Source: Deltaproteobacteria bacterium (GTDB lineage Bacteria > Desulfobacterota > Syntrophia > Syntrophales > JAAYKM01). From it: a stretch of DNA of 64,000 bases. Both the position numbers and the translations under genes were made by a program. Positions 58,907 through 64,000 of the stretch are shown piece by piece (position 1 is the stretch's first letter; each line of letters begins with the position of its first letter). The notes beneath the pieces were generated by a model. That model saw nothing but the letters and a program-made list of their open reading frames with translations. It ran no database searches and had not been told where the DNA came from. The DNA lies in NCBI GenBank assembly GCA_012522415.1, contig JAAYKM010000123.1, forward strand, positions 1,833-65,832, given 5' to 3'.

Positions 58907-59554
58907 CTAGGCCAGCCTCTCCTTGAGTTCCCCGAAATCCTCGAAGGTAATGTCCGGCCCCAGGGCCAGCAGTTCCTCCCGATCCCCCAGGCCGTTCAGA
59001 AAAGCGCAACCGATGATCCCGGATTCCTTCGCCAGAAGGAGATCGTTGACCCCGTCACCGATCATGACGACCCGGTTCCTCGCGACGGGATACCGGGACA
59101 GGACCGCCTGCATCAGTTCCGGATCGGGTTTGATAAACGGGGTGCTGTCGGCGCCGATGATTTCCTCGAAAAATCCGTCCAGGGCCAGGGCCTCGACCAT
59201 TCTCTTTGTAAAGCCGTATCTCTTGTTCGTCAGGATGATCTTCCTTTTCCCCGCAAAGTGCCGCAGGAGGTCGTAAACCCCGGGATACAGTTCCGCCTGA
59301 TCCATCATGTGCCGGCCGTAATGGTCCGAAAAAATCTCCATCGCCCGTTCGCGGTACGCCCTGCCCTCTTCTCCCGTGGCCCGTTCGATGAGCTTCACCA
59401 CACCGTCCCCGATGAAGGTGAGAATCTCCTCCCCGGCGATGGTGGGCAGATTCAGTTTGTTCAGGGTGAAATTCACCGATTTGACAATACCCTCTCCCGT
59501 TTGCACCAGGGTCCCGTCAAAATCAAAAATCATCAGATCGACTTCCGTCCGCAT
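58907..59554 (-). CDS. HAD-family hydrolase (phosphoglycolate phosphatase-like)
   Basis: 215 aa with the motifs IFDFDGTL, TNK and GDGVND. Confidence 0.8.
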   Translation of the reverse strand: MRTEVDLMIFDFDGTLVQTGEGIVKSVNFTLNKLNLPTIAGEEILTFIGDGVVKLIERATGEEGRAYRERAMEIFSDHYGRHMMDQAELYPGVYDLLRHFAGKRKIILTNKRYGFTKRMVEALALDGFFEEIIGADSTPFIKPDPELMQAVLSRYPVARNRVVMIGDGVNDLLLAKESGIIGCAFLNGLGDREELLALGPDITFEDFGELKERLA

Positions 59555-59647
59555 GGCCCTTCCTTTTCCCCTTTCCTAAATGAGCGGGTTATATTACAAT
59601 AAACCTTCCTGGAAACCCAGGACATTAATCAATCGGATCCCGGCGGC

Positions 59648-60514
59648 ATGGAAACATTCATCATCATCGGTCTTGGAAAAGTCGGCACATCCATCGGATA
59701 TCTCCTGAAAAAAGCGGGGTTTACCATCGTCGCGGCGGTCGATGCATCGGATGAGGCCCTGGCCCGCCATATTTCCCGGACGGGCGGCAGAACGTTCCGC
59801 CACCCGGCCGACCTAGACGTCACCGCCGACTGCTACCTCATCACGACCGGTGACGACCAGATCGAACCCGTCTGCCGGACCCTGTCGGACCGCATCGAAC
59901 CGGGGGCCATCGTCATCCACATGAGCGGCGCCGGTTCCCTCGCCCTTCTGGATCCGGCCCGAAGAGCCGGCGCGAAAACGGCCTGCATCCACCCCCTCCA
60001 GACCTTTTCGGATGTGGAATCCGCCATCGAGGCCCTGCCTGGAACCGTTTACGGCATCACCTGCGATCCCGGTTTACAAAGTTGGGCCGAACGTCTGGTC
60101 GCGGCCCTCGGGGGTATCCCCTTTTTCATCGACCACGGAGACCGCCCCCTTTATCATGCCGCCGCCTGCGTGGTCTCGAACTACCTCGTCACGCTCATTT
60201 ACATGGCGGAACGAATCTACGGCAGGCTCGGTCTGGACGAGCAGGAGGCCAGGCAGGCTTTCTGGCCCCTTTTGCGGGGGACCATGCAAAACATCCGGGA
60301 AAAGGGCAGCGTGCCCTCCCTGACGGGCCCCATCGCCCGCGGCGATGCGGGAACCCTCGAAAAGCATCTTCTGGCTCTGGGGGCCGCCATGCCCGACATG
60401 CTTCCCCCTTACCGGGAACTGGGAAAAATCACAGCCGACATGGCGTTGAAGAAGGGGGGCATATCCTCCGTCGAATCGGAAAACATCAGGACGTTGCTAT
60501 CGAAAGGAGCATGA
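59648..60514 (+). CDS. Rossmann-fold plus DUF2520 domain oxidoreductase (candidate 2-dehydropantoate reductase)
   Basis: 288 aa with an N-terminal GLGKVGTSIG (GxGxxG) and a C-terminal region with the PLYHAAA..SNY and GP..RGD pattern typical of DUF2520. The stop lies 1 nt before the panB ATG. Confidence 0.6.
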   Translation: METFIIIGLGKVGTSIGYLLKKAGFTIVAAVDASDEALARHISRTGGRTFRHPADLDVTADCYLITTGDDQIEPVCRTLSDRIEPGAIVIHMSGAGSLALLDPARRAGAKTACIHPLQTFSDVESAIEALPGTVYGITCDPGLQSWAERLVAALGGIPFFIDHGDRPLYHAAACVVSNYLVTLIYMAERIYGRLGLDEQEARQAFWPLLRGTMQNIREKGSVPSLTGPIARGDAGTLEKHLLALGAAMPDMLPPYRELGKITADMALKKGGISSVESENIRTLLSKGA

Positions 60515-60515
60515 C

Positions 60516-61331
60516 ATGAGTACACAGGCTCGAATGGACAGGGTCAGCGTGACAACGATCAGGAACATGAAGGAGAAGGGTGAGAAAATCACCATGCTGA
60601 CGGCTTACGATTACCCCACGGCATTGGCGCTCGACCAGTGCGGTGTGGAGATGCTGCTGGTGGGAGACTCCCTGGGGATGGTCGTGCTCGGTTACGACAG
60701 CACCCTGCCCGTCACGATGGAGGACATGATCCACCACACAAAGGCCGTGTCACGGGGCGCCTCGTCCTCCATGGTCATCAGTGACCTGCCCTTTCTCTCC
60801 TACCACTGTTCCGTCGATGAGGCCGTCTGGAACGCGGGCCGCCTGATGCAGGAAGGGGCCCAGGGTGTGAAGCTCGAGGGGGGACGGGAAAACGCGGAAA
60901 CGGTCCGGCGAATCTGCCTGGCGGGGATTCCCGTCGTGGCCCATCTGGGGCTGACCCCCCAATCGGTCCACCAGTTGGGGGGCTACCGGGTCCAGGGGAA
61001 GGATCAGGGCGCCGCGGAAAGGATGATCGACGACGCGAAGATTCTCGAAGAAGCCGGGGCGTTTGCCGTCGTTCTGGAGTGCATCCCCTCCTCTTTGGGC
61101 AAGACCATCACCGAGTCCGTCTCGATCCCGACCATCGGCATAGGCGCCGGCCCCGATTGCGACGGCCAGGTCCTGGTCATTCATGACATACTGGGTCTTT
61201 ACGAGCGGTTCACGCCGAAGTTCGTCAAACAATACAGCGCCTTGAACAAAAGCATCCGGCGGTCCGTGAAAAAGTTCATGCAGGAGGTGAAGGAGGGGTC
61301 CTTCCCCGACGAGAACCACTCCTTCCGTTGA
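60516..61331 (+). CDS. panB: 3-methyl-2-oxobutanoate hydroxymethyltransferase
   Basis: 271 aa with KITMLTAYDY, LLVGDSLGMV, VKLEGG and GIGAG..CDGQVLV. Confidence 0.93.
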   Translation: MSTQARMDRVSVTTIRNMKEKGEKITMLTAYDYPTALALDQCGVEMLLVGDSLGMVVLGYDSTLPVTMEDMIHHTKAVSRGASSSMVISDLPFLSYHCSVDEAVWNAGRLMQEGAQGVKLEGGRENAETVRRICLAGIPVVAHLGLTPQSVHQLGGYRVQGKDQGAAERMIDDAKILEEAGAFAVVLECIPSSLGKTITESVSIPTIGIGAGPDCDGQVLVIHDILGLYERFTPKFVKQYSALNKSIRRSVKKFMQEVKEGSFPDENHSFR

Positions 61332-61335
61332 GAAA

Positions 61336-62400
61336 TCAGGAACTGTAAACGGAAATTTTCGCCTTCTCCTTCAATTTTCTGAGGAGAGCCTCATAGGCCT
61401 GTTCCTTTTTCTGGTTTTTCAGATAACCGGTGATCCGCGACTTGATTTCCTCGTTCAGGGGCATGGCTTTCGGCCCTTCCCTGTGGAGGACCTGAATGAT
61501 GTGGTAACCGTATTCGGTTTTGACGACGGGGCCGATCTCCTTTTCCTTCTGGGAGAAGGCCGCCTCGTCAAAGGCCTTCACCATCTGTCCCTTCGTAAAA
61601 ACCCCCAGGTCCCCTCCGGCCTGAGCGCTGGGACAATCGGATTTCGCCGCGGCGACGTCGGCAAAATCGGCGCCATTTTGCAATTCCTTCCGGATGGCCT
61701 CCGCCTTCGCCTTCTTTTCCGCCAGGGTCCTGGCGTCGTCTTCATCTGACGTTTTCACCAGGATGTGCCGGGCCTGGACCGATTCGGGCACAAGGAACTT
61801 GTCCTTGTTGTTCCGGTAAAAATCGTTGATTTCCTTATCCGTCACTTTAGGATCCTGGGCGATCCTGGATTTGAGCAGTTTCTCGATTCGCACGCTCAGC
61901 CTGATCTCCTCTTTCGCCTGGCTCTTCGTCAATCCGTTTTTTTTCAGAAATTCTTCATAGGTCAGCTCGGGCGGAAGGGATTCCCTCAACTTGGCGGTCG
62001 CCTCCGTGATTTCCTTTTCGGACGCGGCGATTCCCAGGCGATTCACCTCGTTGCTCAAAAGGGTTTTCATGATGAAATGGTTGATGATACTCGCCCTGAC
62101 TTCGTTTTTTGTCTGCTCCAGCTTGTTCGCAGGGACCTGTGACTTGATGATATTCATCTTGGCCTTCAGATCGTTTTCCAGCTCCGTTTTCGTCAGCTTG
62201 ACGCCATCGACGACGATCACCGCGTCCGCCATCTCCGGCGGGGCCTGGGCGTTGTCCAGGATCGTGTCCGGCGCGGGTTCCGCGACGGTTTCCTTTTGGG
62301 CGGCCGTTTTCCCCTTGTTCGAGTCACACCCGACAACCAGCGTCAATCCCAGAAGCAGGGCGAGACAAAGGAGGATAGCGCCTTTACGAAAGCTCTTCAT
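61336..62400 (-). CDS. Parvulin-type peptidyl-prolyl isomerase (SurA/PrsA-like), probable lipoprotein
   Basis: ATG at rc 62398-62400 gives MKSFRKGAILLCLALLLGLTLVVGC (lipobox), a SurA-N-like chaperone region and the PpiC domain ARHILV...GGDLG.F...M...F...YGYHII. Confidence 0.8.
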   Translation of the reverse strand: MKSFRKGAILLCLALLLGLTLVVGCDSNKGKTAAQKETVAEPAPDTILDNAQAPPEMADAVIVVDGVKLTKTELENDLKAKMNIIKSQVPANKLEQTKNEVRASIINHFIMKTLLSNEVNRLGIAASEKEITEATAKLRESLPPELTYEEFLKKNGLTKSQAKEEIRLSVRIEKLLKSRIAQDPKVTDKEINDFYRNNKDKFLVPESVQARHILVKTSDEDDARTLAEKKAKAEAIRKELQNGADFADVAAAKSDCPSAQAGGDLGVFTKGQMVKAFDEAAFSQKEKEIGPVVKTEYGYHIIQVLHREGPKAMPLNEEIKSRITGYLKNQKKEQAYEALLRKLKEKAKISVYSS

Positions 62401-62497
62401 TGCCTGTTCTCCTCGATCGTTTGTGATCGGCCTTCCGGAATGCACGGACTTCCGGCGGCCGAATGTTCCGGCACTTTATGCCCATTGGGGCCGTCCG

Positions 62498-63871
62498 TCA
62501 AGGGAATATCTTTTCCCGCCCCGCGGCCCCCAAAGCCCTCTCCATATCCATCATGATTTCCAGGGCTTCCTCGGGACAGACCCCCGCGGACAGGGGGGGG
62601 CCAGAGAGGGGGCGGCCCGTTCTTTCGGCCATGCCGTTTATGGCCCGGTGCATGGCCACCCGGGGGTAACCGTGGTCCGTCAGGTGGTGAGCGAGTCTCA
62701 GGGTGGCGAGGCCGTCAAACCAGTTATGGAACTGCCGGCGCAGATTTTCCCGCCGGGGAAAGTTCCTTTTCAGCTTCTCCCAGACGGACATGAAGCCGAC
62801 TTCTTCGAGAAACGGCGGGAGGGCCCCGTCAATCTCCCCCGCCGCCTCCATGATGTCCCGGCCTTCCGTGAATGAGCCGCTGTCCATCACCCCGAGCCAG
62901 TCCCGGATGATCGTGAATATGGCCGGGTCATAAAACAGGTGGGTTTCCCCCTCGTCCCGGATCAGGGCATCGACCTTCCGGCCCGTCCCGAAAGGGGTGC
63001 GCGCCGACAGGCGCGGCGAGGGGTAAACGGTCGTCCCCTCCACCGACCCGATGCCCCTTATTTTGGCGAGCTTGTTCAGAAAATAGAAATCCTCCCCGGC
63101 GAGCCTCTTCGGCATCCCCCTGACCATGGCGTAGGCCCGGGCGGAACAGACGATCGTCGAACCGATGGCATGAAACGCGTAGGGCGACCCGGCGTGCTTC
63201 AAGCCGACGCCGTGATACCGCAGGTAAGCCTCGTAGGCCGCGGCGGCCCCGCGGATGGCCTCGTCGTCGCTTTTTTCGTGGGAGAAGGGCACGACCGCCG
63301 CCAGGGTCCGGTTCAGGGCAAAGTGGCGGAACACGGATTCGAGATAGTCCGGTTCGACCCGGGTGTCCGCGTCCAGGCTCAAAAGGAGGTTCCTCCCGTT
63401 CATGTCCGGCTCCATCACGGCCAGGGCCAGATCCATGCCGATTTTTCTCGCCGTTCCCACACCGGCTTTTTCGGGAAAGGCCAGGCCGTCCGATGAGGCG
63501 TCCACATAGGCGAGTCGCATGGGGCTGTTTAGGATCCCGTCGATCCGCCTTTGCTGAACCGGATCGTTCCCCTCAACAGTTTCCCCCCGCCGGAGCCCCT
63601 CCAGAAGGGCCATGGTTTTCCCGTTGTTCCCGATCTCCTCTTCCGTTGAATGGGGACGGGCCCGATTGTTGACGACGCAGACCACGAGGGTCCGCCGCAG
63701 GGCCTCGGGGGCGTTCCTCGAAAGGCTGTGCAACGTTTCCAGGATGGCCGGATACTCCGCCAGGGCGGGAATCACGACGGCGTGATGGATCCCGCTCCAT
63801 GAAGAGGCGGCCAGACGCCAGGGCCCCCTTTCGGCGTACCGGGCCAGGTACTTTTCAACATGGTTTTTCAA
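62498..63871 (-). CDS. GT-A-fold glycosyltransferase-like protein with long C-terminal extension
   Basis: 457 aa with VVIPALAE, the DxD-like motif LSLDADT, GEDFYFLNK and a unique C-terminal region of about 150 aa. The TTG start overlaps the upstream miaA stop (TTGA). Confidence 0.5.
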   Translation of the reverse strand: MKNHVEKYLARYAERGPWRLAASSWSGIHHAVVIPALAEYPAILETLHSLSRNAPEALRRTLVVCVVNNRARPHSTEEEIGNNGKTMALLEGLRRGETVEGNDPVQQRRIDGILNSPMRLAYVDASSDGLAFPEKAGVGTARKIGMDLALAVMEPDMNGRNLLLSLDADTRVEPDYLESVFRHFALNRTLAAVVPFSHEKSDDEAIRGAAAAYEAYLRYHGVGLKHAGSPYAFHAIGSTIVCSARAYAMVRGMPKRLAGEDFYFLNKLAKIRGIGSVEGTTVYPSPRLSARTPFGTGRKVDALIRDEGETHLFYDPAIFTIIRDWLGVMDSGSFTEGRDIMEAAGEIDGALPPFLEEVGFMSVWEKLKRNFPRRENLRRQFHNWFDGLATLRLAHHLTDHGYPRVAMHRAINGMAERTGRPLSGPPLSAGVCPEEALEIMMDMERALGAAGREKIFP

Positions 63872-63999
63872 ACTAAAAGTCTCTCTTGAACATATTCAAG
63901 TAACATATCGTAATCATTGGAATGAAACCACCTGATCGCGACGCCCCTGCGTTCCATCCGCCGGAACCAAGTCTCCTGCCGCTTGGCGAATTGATGGAT
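63868..63999 (-). CDS. miaA: tRNA dimethylallyltransferase MiaA, C-terminal fragment (runs off right edge)
   Basis: Reverse translation gives ...IHQFAKRQETWFRRMERRGVAIRWFHSNDYDMLLEYVQERLLV*. YAKRQ.TWFR is the conserved MiaA C-terminal motif. Confidence 0.55.
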   Translation of the reverse strand: MHQFAKRQETWFRRMERRGVAIRWFHSNDYDMLLEYVQERLLV

Positions 64000-64000
64000 T

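Noticed and set aside
58499-59602. 367-aa plus-strand ORF spanning the tilS/HAD hydrolase junction
   Set aside because: It is antisense to two confident genes and crosses their intergenic gap. It has no RBS or recognisable domains. It is a GC-rich shadow ORF.
1-64000. CRISPR arrays, IS elements, integrases, prophage or rRNA
   Set aside because: No regularly spaced direct repeats, no transposase or integrase-like ORFs, no terminal inverted repeats next to the tRNA genes, and no rRNA-like sequence were seen on either strand.

Overview
This 64 kb window is a dense chromosomal core region from a Gram-negative bacterium. LptF/LptG, a SurA-like PPIase, FtsH and glnS are present. Gene content and the leader RNAs fit a deltaproteobacterium-like anaerobe, but that taxonomy is a low-confidence guess. 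I found no rRNA, CRISPR array, transposase, integrase or obvious defence island.

Main content, in order:
- recC (partial) and rmuC.
- A complete nine-gene aromatic amino-acid supraoperon (aroF-aroB-pheA-aroD-aroE-aroA-aroK-aroC-tyrA), followed by a Sir2/NUDIX/HDAC-like trio.
- panC-panD, metK-ahcY, lptFG and gmhA-grpE-dnaK.
- surE, pgm, and tRNA-Gln convergent with glnS.
- The dtd-DUF1285-guaB-dnaE-UPF0280 string.
- tig-clpP-clpX-lon flanked by tRNA genes (Pro, Leu, Val, Asp on the minus strand; Met on the plus strand).
- lysC, tsaE, folP, ftsH, tilS, DUF2520-panB and miaA (partial).

The most interesting signals are non-coding and absent from the ORF track:
1. A 28-codon leader peptide (MDNNTRKNIQAYFYSFYFYGEVCPSLGE, 7 Tyr/Phe in 8 consecutive codons) followed by two tandem intrinsic terminators with a mutually exclusive antiterminator pairing. 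It lies directly upstream of the aro supraoperon and looks like a classical ribosome-mediated attenuator.
2. A promoter, a 24-bp inverted repeat and a leader with terminator/antiterminator alternatives upstream of panCD. This may be a pan-motif-type cis-regulator.

Secondary observations:
- surE cannot start at a canonical start codon.
- A DUF2520 Rossmann protein is coupled to panB.
- GC content rises by roughly 10 points from about 51.7 kb to the right end.
- Many long antisense ORFs in the track are rejected as shadow ORFs.
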